64,000 nt of DNA, taken from contig NOWV01000031.1 in NCBI GenBank assembly GCA_003344405.1, positions 124,001-188,000 on the forward strand, in the 5' to 3' direction. The notes under the pieces are model-generated. The model ran no database searches. It was not told the DNA's origin and worked only from the letters and a program-made list of their open reading frames with translations. Positions 1-11,805 of this stretch are shown here, one piece after another; position 1 is the stretch's first letter; every line of letters begins with the position of its first letter. This DNA is from Trichoplax sp. H2. Its lineage: Eukaryota. The position numbers were made by a program, and so were the translations under genes.

Positions 1-305
1 TGTACAGTATATAGTGTACAGTACTGTGTATCGACGTACAGTACTGTACTGTAGAGTTCGCCATTTTGGGTCCTGTACTCTATAGTGTACAGTGTACACT
101 GTACAGTACCAAGAGAGAGTACGGAAGAACGACAGCTCCATGTGCTACAGTACAGTATACTGCTGGCACGACACTGGTCAGTACAGCTTACGCATACTGT
201 ACTGGAAAGTGCAGTCTGCAGCAAACGTCCAACCGGTCCACCCTACAGTACCCCATGTTGCATACTACAGTACACAGTAGACTGGACTGGACTGGAATGG
301 ACTGT
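1..305. repeat. Cluster of TACAGTAC/GTACTGTA (palindromic TACTGTACAGTA-type) motifs
   Basis: Dense tgtacagta / cagtactgt / tacagtac copies. The overlapping ORFs rich in YST/VQY are translations of this motif. Confidence 0.75.
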
Positions 306-329
306 AGGAGGAAAGGCCAGTCCAAAAGC

Positions 330-635
330 AATCACGTTGTGCAAGGACAGAAGGCTTCAAACAAAATGGTAGCCATGACCTCGTTGAGAAGAATTGCTCA
401 TTTTCTACCACAATCCTCATCGATGTACAGGTTTGCTCAATCATATCATGAAACCATGCAATAACGTATTAATACTACTATTGCCAATCACCAATACGCT
501 AATCATGATAACTTGATCGCATACTACTTCAAGTCCAGCTAAAAGTCGTTTAATCGAGCACATTGCTGCTTTCAACGCCACCAACAATAACTCACCAGCG
601 ATCGACGTAAACCATAACTTATTCCATTCGATCAT
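330..635 (-). CDS. Possible 5' exons of an unidentified gene transcribed divergently from MRPL12
   Basis: ATG at 635 (MIEWNKLWFTSIA) followed by a G|GTGAGT donor and a nearby ttttag acceptor. No recognisable homology. Confidence 0.25.
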
Positions 636-1029
636 GCTAGTGGAGACTGCAATGATGAGTGCAATAGTTCACCACTACAACACAAGTGTACAGGTTATCA
701 CACAGTACTGTACAATGACAGTAATGCAATCTCTTTCGATCCACGAGCTACGCTCAAGTCATAGCACACGCAATAGCTGCTTCGACCTACGCAATCCACA
801 CCAATTGACGGAATTCAAATTGGTCTCGATCATATTTGACCACGACTGTCGGAAACGATGATAGCGGACTAATTGGATTCAATTCTACTAGTTATGACAG
901 TGATTTCAGGATCATGGTGTCAGCGCCAATACTATTACAGTAGACAGTACAACGAGATCGACACATAATGTCTTCTTTTTGTTATCAACTTCCTTGCAAC
1001 CATCCTATACAATATTGGACTGGAACGTC

Positions 1030-2007
1030 ATGACTGCTATGGCTAGTTTTATTCAATCAAAGTGAAATTGATCCGCCTTGAAGCTAACGTAGGAATCATT
1101 TCTATTCATTTAGGGTACTTCCACAAAGAGCACCCAATGCTTGTATTATAGTAGCCTCGAGGAATTGCCAAACGATGCCTAAACCATCGGCGGATGATCA
1201 GCCAAAAGAATATCCAGAAAAGATTGTTAATATAGTCGATAATATCTCGCAATTGACGATATTAGAAGTGGCCGATCTCAACGAATTATTAAAGGTACAT
1301 GATTAAATAAGTAAAAAACGTGTAGTAAAGACCCTAAACCATAACTCTATCCGTGAACGTAATCATCGCTGAGTAAAATGTTATTTTATCAAAACTCCGT
1401 AGGCCCGCCTGAATATCAGCGATGCACCGATGGCAATGGCTGCTATGCCACAAGCTGCACCAGCTGCTTCGGTAAGTTCTATCTCGACTTGACGTCGATG
1501 CTTAGTATAACTTTAATGTATCACATCATGACTTCCCAAGGGATATGTATATACATACAAGTATACTCGTATATTACATCAAAATCAGTAATATTCCTTT
1601 CAATCATTTCTACAGCAAGAACCTGCTGAAGAGGAGGAAGTACAGACTGAATTTACTGTCAAATTAATGAAATTTGATGATGCCTCAAAAGTTAAACTAA
1701 TTAAGGAAATTAAAGCTCTAGTCGATGGAATGAATTTAGTCCAGGTATGACATACTCTTCCTTAGTATTATTAAATAGCCCTCGAAGGTATATGTGTTCT
1801 ATCTTACGCAGTACACGGTCATTATATAATCATAGCATTCCCTTTTATACAATCCTGCTGACCTACCATTCGCATTGTATTCATTGTTAGGCCAAAAAAT
1901 TTGTCGAAAGCACACCTCAAGTAATCAAGAAAAACATTTCCAAGGAAGAAGCAGAGCAGCTGAAAAAGACTTTAGAAACTGCTGGTGGAAGCATTGTCAT
2001 CGAATAA
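1030..2007 (+). CDS. MRPL12: Mitochondrial ribosomal protein L12 (bL12m), 5 predicted exons
   Basis: Exons ~1030-1061, 1114-1294, 1403-1471, 1616-1744, 1891-2007 with GT-AG introns. Peptides KEYPEKIVNIVDNISQLTILEVADLNELLK, Ala-rich hinge, QTEFTVKLMKFDDASKVKLIKEIKALVDGMNLVQ|AKKFVESTPQVIKKNISKEEAEQLKKTLETAGG are typical of L7/L12. First exon (targeting peptide) is less certain. Confidence 0.93.
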
Positions 2008-2948
2008 TGTCATACACACTACGCGTTCATAGATAGGCTTAGTGTGATATACTAGCAGATATAAACTGTTATCTTGTATTTATCGAAATTTATTATGCTA
2101 AATCAATTTTATAAACTGACTAGATTTTCATCCATAACTGTACTGCTCTAATTTTTAACATCAAATGGCTACATACATTTGCTGCACAAATTTCTTATGG
2201 AGGCTGAAATGCGTTCATTATTATGGATTATATACAGAGGGATATGTTGCTGCATAGTGAGACTGTATCATGCATGCAATTTTTCTACATCATCACTTCA
2301 TGCTTTACTTTTTTTTCCATTTTCAACTATCCATAAATACGCCGTTGTATGATGTGTCGATTGCTGATTGTCAATCCATCGGATATGCAATAAATATCCA
2401 AACCAACCACTTGGTTATTGCATCGAGTGCTTGCATAAAAATATTTTAATAACGATCCAACACAACATCATTGCAAAGGTATTATAATCTTTCAGTTTTT
2501 ACTACACTTCACTTTAGTAAAAAATTGACATGCATTGACTTACGTTCAGTACGTACAGTACATTCATCATCCTGAAGTTTGTCGACAGTCAATAAATTAG
2601 CTGATTTACTAGAAAATCACTCAAGTTATACAAAAAAATTTTCAAAAACATCTGGAAATTGCATTTACAATATAGACGATGTCAATCTATGAGTTTATGA
2701 CTGCTTCAGTCATTTAAGAGTCCAACACAGCTACAATGTATTGTCGAGCATCTTTAAATATAAAACATTACTTAAATTCAAGTCACAGTCCTGCTTTCAA
2801 CCTAATGCACTACCCGTATATTAGCATATTTAACCCATCAATCATTGAAGCAAGCCGGGGACAAAAATGACGTAAATTGTCCGTTTAGCTATACCTATGC
2901 GACAGCGACATTCATCGTCCAATCAGACAAGCCATCAAATTGGTAATA

Positions 2949-5900
2949 TTAATGTTGTAGTGGATTAAGGAACCACATACTGCCTTTATTAGCACAGACG
3001 TCCTACAGAATATTATAGATGAAATCGTAACATGATTAACATTAATTCAATAGTCTATTAATAAGCATAAGTTCTGCTAATTCCATACTAAAAAAATGAC
3101 ATACCTTCACAATCTTTAGATATTGCTTATCATTTGGTGCTTCGCCAGTTTTTTCAACCATAGCTAAGACAATCTCCCTGCGGCGTAGTTTAGCCTTGTC
3201 TTTAAATAGATCTAGCAACACTTCTCTATACTAGAGGCATTTAGAAAGATTTCATATTCATTTAAACTACCGTGATTTAATTATTAACCAACAATACCCG
3301 TCTCATTGAATGTTATAATTGAAGGATGTTTAAAAGTAAAACGCTGAATTATAAATACACAATAGTACAAGTATACAAACGTGATAATCTAAAGTCATTC
3401 ATTTACCTTATCATTAGATTCATTTAATTTCCGTTTAACATATAACTTTGAGGGTGTTTCATTTGGTGATAAAGGCTAATATGCGATATTGATAGTAAGT
3501 ACGACGATAATTAGTGATAATGGTGTATGACATGAAATTTATCATATAATCCACGTAGGAAAGTAAGAAGATCATTATATTCTACCTGATGTTCTAGTTC
3601 TGTCACTCCAATTTCTTTTAAACATCTCTTTAACGTATTGTCGGAAACTCCTTTTGCCATAATATGATCCTCCTTTAAAGCTGTATTCAACATCATTCAA
3701 AATGAATCTTACTGGACGTGTCTTGTGTAAGATTTCGGCTTATCTTAGACAGGATTATCGACAAAAAATGATTCATACTAACTTCCTTGGTAAAGTAATA
3801 ACCGTCTTTTTAGTGTTTCTAAGCTATAAATTGAACGATCAAAGATTTCGCATAACCAGTTCTTTACAACAACGATTAATTCATCTGGTACAGCTGAAGT
3901 ATTGTTATTGTCATCATTTTCCGCCTGCTTAAGCTCGTTCATACGATCAGTTGTCTCTGCTACAGATTCGTCCACATCCATTGGCTCATCCTTAATTTTG
4001 ATATCATCGCTACTGTTAAAATTACTTTGCTGAGCTATTGCCCCATCGGGAACGTTAATTTTAATCTTGCTGTTACTTGGGCCGTCAACAGAACTAGAGT
4101 TTGCATTTACATGTTTCGCAGCAAGTTTTTTAGCCATTTTAATACGTTCTTGACCAGATATGATTGCCTTATCTTTACCCATCACCGGTTTTTTATCTTG
4201 TACTGTCTCTGACTGGACCCCAGTCGGTTGAGTAGGTAATTTTAACCTTAATTTTAGTCTGTTAAACATAAAATAGAACATAATAAATGGGAAGTTACTA
4301 GCGTTATACACAAAATATAATATATGAAATTTATTACGTCAATTGTCTACAGCTTACTGCTGGTATTTCTTTTCCCAGTATTGTACCTGTCGCTGAGCTA
4401 CATCAGGATACCTATTAAATTACATTGTAAAAATTACATATGGATTACAGTAAGGCTAGCGATAAGTTATCAATAGTGCCTCATGCGTTACCTTTCAATA
4501 AATTGATAATCGTATGGCAGGCAAAATTCCCAACCTTTTGTGACACGAAGAAGGGCTACTTGCGTCATGATTTCTTTCAAATCCTCGCTAGGTAGCTGAC
4601 GAGCATATTACACGGAAGTTTTACTTTCAAGCGCTAAACTTCTTTGACTTTGTTATGCGAATATATTACTATGACTATGCATACAATACTGTACAATCTA
4701 GTAATGTATCACGCAGACTGTATACCTTAACTACCATAGATATTTCTTTCCTGCTGGTTATACGAGTTTGTGTAAACTTCCATAACTGCCACATGATACA
4801 TTGCGATATTAGTAAACAACTATACTCGAGTACGTAAGAGCATAATAACACAGTTTGTGAGGCATTTCATTGAATTTACATCAACGAAATAAATCTCAAC
4901 ATAAAATCAGAGGAATACAATACATACCAGATAATCTCGAGCCAAGCACAACATATCAGACGGGATACCAGTAATTGGGCTAGTAGTTCCTTTTGGATAG
5001 AGCAGTTCACTAATTCGTTTAAATTTTTAAAATCATATTTAGTCATTTCATTTATCACATCAATTAGAGTGCTAAATCGTAAATAGCCATATTAATTCTA
5101 TAAATCAAGACTGAACCTTTTAACTATCCAACACCCTTGTACCAGAACTGCAACTTGTTGCAAATATTGAATAATGGCCGTATCATCGATATCAGAAGGC
5201 TTTGAAAGGATAGTGCCAAGCTGGCTGAACTGCATTGCTTTCGCTTTTATATTAGTGCATGAAATTTAGAAAGGAAAGTTTAAAAATTTTGCTGAGCAAA
5301 TAAATACCATATTGCAGTCTTTAACATACCACTGAGAAGAATCGATTTAATCTGTTCTGGTAAGCTCATTGTTTTTAATTGTGTAATGGACAAGACATTT
5401 TCGGGATTAACCGAGACACTATGACGAAATAACATAGCAAAAATATTGCAGGACATTTTGAGAAATATGATTGCATGATTATAAGAGTGCCAATATTAGA
5501 TTGCTATTTTTACCTAACTTCCGCTGGAGGAGGCGGCATTAACGCATCCAAATAGCCTCTACGATGAAACATTGTGCATACAAATCTTTACATTTATACA
5601 TCACTAACCAAGATTTTAAAAGAAAAGATAATCATGTACCTATACGCAATAATGCAAAACTTACTTGGCAGATATACCGTAATCACATGTAATCTCATCC
5701 ATATTTCCATTAGTTAATAACTCTCTTTCCACAGTGGCCCTGGTATCATCTCGACCCACAAACTCTGCTTCAATCCATTGTTCTTCAGCATTCTTCTTTT
5801 CAAGATATGCGTGAGAGCTAATTCGATAGGCCTTGGCTTGATCAGACTCAGGGACAGCATATCGAACCTAAGAATTGGCGAATAATGCAAATATGAAATA

Positions 5901-8418
5901 TAATGATTGCTAAATGCTCTTAGGTAATCAAATAGTATGATTTAAAAATGAACATACAGTAACCGGTTTAATGTCTTCCTCTTCTTCGGAATCTGATTTT
6001 ACAATACCGCTATTGCTATTATCTAATTTTCCTGTACCGTTTGCACTTTCTGCCATATTAATATAATCAAAACTAGGCCGTAACTGAAGCATAGCTTGCA
6101 CAGGAGTTACATGTAAAGCATCTAAGTATTAAAAAAATAGAAAAGTCTTACTTGTTGATTTAAATCTTGATGCAAGGTACAACATAATCGGCCTTTTGAT
6201 GTTATTACAAACAACTTTAAGTAATCTATGCAACGAAATAAACACTTACTATTTTTCATAATCCCTACAGCATAACGATCATTATTTTCTGCCTTCATAG
6301 AAGCTAGCACCTGCTTATCCATGACAGAACTGTAAAATAAAGTTAACCTATTACAATAGATCAACATGACAATGCCGCGCTAGCTACCGTAGGACCTGTC
6401 TTAATCTACATCACGCAATCACTATTATCTAAGGACAAATTAATTGTACGAAATGAATTAATTTTAGACCAATAGACAATCATACTCATCCTAAATACCA
6501 ATGCTATACTTGTGTTAATCGAATAGTAAATATGCAATAACAAGATACTTATTTAACTAAAAAGGTTACAACCTATTATAAAAAGTCTGATTGTTTCCTT
6601 TTAGAGAGTTGGATTCATTGACCGCTCGAGCCATATCTTCACCTTTATTTGTACAGTAATTTTTTTCAGTATCGACCGCTACTTCTAGTTCAACCTATAA
6701 CAAGTTTCATTAACGAGACAATGAGTTAAGCTTTGGATATTAGAATCGTGGTCAAGGCCAAAGCCTACTTACCTTTTGCTGTTTTGGCTTGATACGAGCT
6801 TTCATGCATGATGTGTCAGCGTAAGGCATCCGAGTGGACCTTACCGGATACTAGAATGGATAATATTCAATTACAACGAATAATTTTCAGTTGAGTTCCT
6901 AAAAACCTGTTCTAATAAACTATCATAGCAAAACGTAAATTGGTTGTTTCACGTCGATTCTAATTACCATAGTAGAGTATCATGGATTAGTAAGTAGTGC
7001 AGAAAGGCATGCATTGCTCTACATCGTACAGTATTATGTTTACAAAAAATGATTTGTGAATACTTTAAGACGATCATTCGAGTCGAAATTTTAATTCATT
7101 GTGCTGCTGATCACCAAATATTTTGCTGATTTCGCCAACAAGTAAATTGATTATAAGCAAGATGGAGTTTTATCTAACAGAGCCTTAAATGACTGTTAAA
7201 AGCGATCGTAAAGGACGATAACTTATTATGTGAAACAGATTATAAGAATTTCATCTATACTTAAATGACTGGTGCTCTATTTTGTTGTAAGCCAAGCAAG
7301 TCGTTGCATTAGCTAACACGTTGTACTGCAACCACGATTACGAGCAACTCCCAAATTTACAAAAGGCTACCATATTCACAACTACAAAGGATAGGATAGA
7401 ATGTATTTCACGTTCTGTATCGTTCAAAACTGATAGTCAACGAGTATACTTTACTGCGATCGTCATTAAAATATTGCATAACATAAAATTAATCGGGCTG
7501 GCCAAGTATCATTTCAGTTCAAAGTTCTACAATAATTATGAATGCATCGCGGCCTATTTTTAATATTGTGCAGGTTTAACAAGTATTAACTTGCACGATA
7601 ATGGAATATTTCACTTTGTCGTCAAATCGTGTAGAAAGATATACATATTAAGAAAATACTAGCTTTGCTACAAGTATGAATTCATCATTGGTATCCACTT
7701 ATCATATAGAATATTGCAATACCTCAATGGACATGATTTCTAGTGGAAATATTGTCAAACAGGTGAATGCTATACCGTATTCTAGTCTCTAGGCTTGTCA
7801 ATCCGACATTGACTGGAGTAATGATGGAGATTACTCTTCAATACAAGTCGACAACTAAATTTCATTAACATGTTGCCCGTGTGGACAGAAATCTTATTAG
7901 CCTATCATCCCTCCATGGTTGGTGTACTACTTTTCCAGGCTCTTGTTAATGCTACAGTAGAAGATTATTAACTCAAGTCTGCAATGACAAGGAATGAAGA
8001 CTCCACAACGTCAGGAATGAATTGAACGGGATAACTCATCATCCTTCCATTGTAGTATTCTATTCATTAATAATCATGCTAGCAGACTTTATCGATACTA
8101 ATCAAGATCTGTCTTCATGATATTATTAACAGGCTCATTTCATTACAGCTATCAGCTTACCATCATGAGGTATAAATTATCCTTTAAATGATGAGACAAG
8201 TAGACGTCGATCTATGAAGAAAAGCACAACATGAACTTTATTCTTATTCATGTTCACAATTAATAAGCTTTCATTGCCTTTCAAGAACTTTTCCATGATA
8301 GTAGTATCTAGATTAACTAGTAGGATGATGGAAAAAGTCAATTTTATACCTCTTTAACAACAGGATCGTCTTCATCGCTGCTCTCACTCGAGTTATGGCC
8401 ACTTTCTTGCTCAGCCAT
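2949..8418 (-). CDS. POLR3E: RNA polymerase III subunit RPC5 (Sin-like), multi-exon
   Basis: MAEQ...DEDDPVVKE|IDVYLSHHLKDNLYLMM|YPVRSTRMPYADTSCMKARIKPKQQK|VELEVAVDT matches the RPC5 N-terminus. C-terminal exon DVCANKGSMWFLNPLQH* ends at 2949. ORFs 3511-3696, 3778-4311 and 6122-6367 overlap internal exons. Confidence 0.9.
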
Positions 8419-8627
8419 TTTGGATTCGTTTACTGTTACGCATGCGTTAAATGTCTGTGCTAGTTTTACCACTTGCAAATATATAACTGAATGAACCAAT
8501 ACTTGCAGCTGTATAGGGTATCGTACAGTTGTAACGTGAGTCCAAATTGTTTAACGCTATATTACAATGGGGTTCCACCCGGAGAAGGTTATGGTTTGGG
8601 TAGCGATAGTTCAGCTTCTACATAGGC

Positions 8628-10125
8628 AAACCTAAATGGCTGCTGAAAAGATTCGAGTAATTGATAAATGAGAATATTATAAGCTGAAAAGTCAGACTTT
8701 TGAGATCAGGTAGGTAATCCTAGTTTGCAGTTAGCTGAAGATCAGCTGCTATTGGACAGATACTATGATATTTTACATCAATATTGGATGAAAAACTTAA
8801 AAAAATGAGGATTTAAGGGTCTGGTATTTTTGCCTGCATCTTATAACCTTAGTTGGAATATGGCTATAGATTAACGATATGGAGACAATATGGATTTGCA
8901 CAGGATACGTAGAGTATATCAATATATATCTAAGGTTCAACTAAATAGCTGCTGCTGGATTTGAGAAATTGATAAAACCTGAAAGTTAGACTTTTAAGAC
9001 CAGGTAGACGATCTTAGTTTTGCAATTAGCTGAAAATCAGCTACTATTGGACAAATACTAGGATATTTTATATCAAAATTGGAGGAAAATTTTTTAAAAT
9101 GAGGATTTAGAGGTCTGGCATTGTGCCTGCATGCTATCCTAGTTTGAAGGCAGCTATAGATTAATTATACGGAGACAATGTGCATTTGCACAGGTGATGG
9201 CATAGAGTATATCGATATTTGAGGTCAAACCAAATAGCTGCTACCAGATTTAAGAAATTGATAAATGAGAATGTTATAACTTGGAAAGTCATACTTTGGG
9301 GACCAGATAGACGATCCAAGTTTGCAATTAGCTGAAGATCAACTAGTATTGCACAGATACTATGATATTTTATGCCAATATTGGATGAAAAACTTAAAAA
9401 AAATGAGGATTTCGAGGTCTGATATTTTGCCTGCCTCCTTCCTATTCTAGTTATAAGATGGCTATAGATTAACTATATGGAGACAACGTGTATTTGCACT
9501 TATCAATACTTGAGGTAAAACTAAATAGCAGCTGCCAGATTTGAGAAATTGATAAATGAGAATATTTAACCTGAAAAGTTGGACTTTTGAGACCAGGTAG
9601 ACGATTTTAGATTTGCAATTAGCTATAAAGATCAACTGGTATCGGACAGATGCTATAATATTTTATGTCAATATTGGATACAAAAACTTGAAAAATGAGG
9701 ACTTGAAAGTCTGATATTTTGCCCGCATCCTGCCCTAGCTTGAACATAGCTATAGATTAACTACATGGAGACAATGTGCATTTGCACAGGTGATGAGATA
9801 GAGTATATCGATATTTGAGGTAAAACTAAATAGCTGCGGCCAGATTTGAGCAATTGATAATGAGAATGTTACAACCTGAAAAGCCGGACTTTTAAGACCA
9901 GGTAGACGATCTTAATTTGTAATTAGCTGAAGATTAGCTACTAGACAGACACTCTGATATTTTACGTCAATATTGGAAGAAAACTTCAAGATCAAGGATT
10001 TGGAAGTCTGTTATTTTGCCTGCATCCTGTTCCAGCTTGACGCTAGCTATAGATTAACTACAGGAAGACATGGGTATTTATAAAGGTGATGATAACATAG
10101 AGCATATCAATAGTTGAATCTAGAC
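8628..10125. repeat. Diverged tandem repeat, ~300-bp unit, ~5 copies
   Basis: Anchor aaactaaatagctgc... recurs at ~8628, 8938, 9227, 9518, 9823, with shared blocks gaccaggtagacgat, ttagctgaagatcagcta, gctatagattaa. Confidence 0.9.
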
Positions 10126-11054
10126 CAAACTCAATTTACTAATACTAATAATATTGTAGGCTGAAAGATGAGAGCTTGAGGTCATGTATTGAGTCCGAAC
10201 TTGCAGATATAGCCGTAGGTTAACTGCTTGGGGACACACTCTGATTTAATGGAATTGTAGAGTACTGTACAGTATAGTATATCGGTAGGGGAATATAAAT
10301 GACTGGCAACTATCTATGTTAAATAACCCTATGTATGAATATTTTGAGCTCTATTTTTCATGGCGTAAAATCGTCCAATATTCAGTATAATAATTAAATG
10401 CACCAATTGATGCTTCACTGCATACATAAAATAAAGAAGTGTGATAAAATATTGTACATATTCCGTGATAATACCACCCATCCTTCCTTGAAACGAGCAG
10501 TGCGGGGGTCATTTATAGTACTGTTAGATGACTCTGATTATGTAGAAGATTCTTACAGTACTTTTTACCTCAAGATTTCTTCATGTAAAACGAATAGCTC
10601 TAAGGTAGTCATTTCTGCAGAGTACTGATTATTGAAATAGTATTCGTTACATCGTTAAGGGTGGCCACTGGGCCTTTAAATTTTGATTTCAATTAATATT
10701 CTGATGAAAATTGATATAGAATTGATCACAGTACTAAGGACATTGTACCGCACTGTCGATATCTTACAGTACCTGCTAATCTTAACTTGGTATGTCCATC
10801 ACCGTACATTAATTATCATCATGTGCTTTGGACCATTAACTAATCTTAATATAGCATTTCATCCGTGAATGCATTATTAAAAAGTAGTATTCTAGAAGCA
10901 TAGCTGTGAATATAGTAGTGCCTGGCTATTACCGGGATATAAATAATGTCGAATGGCAATACTATCTGTTAATTATTAAAAAATAAGTACATTATCGTAA
11001 ACCGTCAGCAAAGCGACGTGAATTTGTACTAGTTTATAACTAAATATAGTACAT

Positions 11055-11762
11055 CATCCTTACCATAAATCGAAGAAGTGTGATAAATAATGCACATTCC
11101 GACAAATTGATGCCTGAATCAACCATCATACCTGTACATCATTCTAGCTATAAATCATATACAGTATTAGTAGTTGATAAGGTATGATTGAGTCTTCATC
11201 TTGAAAGCTCTCACTAGGAATTGAGTATAGCCGAGCCAATGCTCTATTGCATGGTGCAAAGATTTAGCATTTTAATTAATTATTCCAGATTTAACACCTT
11301 TGGAATCTTTCCCATACGGACAGTCAACGAACAATTGTTGTGTGGATACCCTCTTATAAGTTAGCTAATAATATCGTCTAGTTGTCTACTGTCTTATGAT
11401 AGCAACACCATCCTTACCATAAATCGAAGAAGTGTGATAAATAATGCACATTCCGACAAATTGATGCCTGAATCAACCATCATACCTGTACATCATTCTA
11501 GCTATAAATCATATACAGTATTAGTAGTTGATAAGGTATGATTGAGTCTTCATCTTGAAAGCTCTCACTAGGAATTGAGTATAGCCGAGCCAATGCTCTA
11601 TTGCATGGTGCAAAGATTTAGCATTTTAATTAATTATTCCAGATTTAACACCTTTGGAATCTTTCCCATGCGGACAGTCAACGAACAATTGTTGTGTGGA
11701 TACCCTCTTATAAGTTAGCTAATAATATCGTCTAGTTGTCTACTGTCTTATGATAGCAACAC
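11055..11762. repeat. Near-perfect direct tandem duplication, 354 bp x2
   Basis: 11055-11408 equals 11409-11762 apart from one visible substitution (cccatacgga / cccatgcgga). Confidence 0.95.
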
Positions 11763-11805
11763 CATAATTGAAATCAATTTTGTAGAACAGTCTTGCTATC
11801 TAGAA

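Noticed and set aside
66..464. ORFs 66-464, 85-372, 92-280
   Set aside because: Translations of the TACAGTAC motif cluster, with no recognisable domain.
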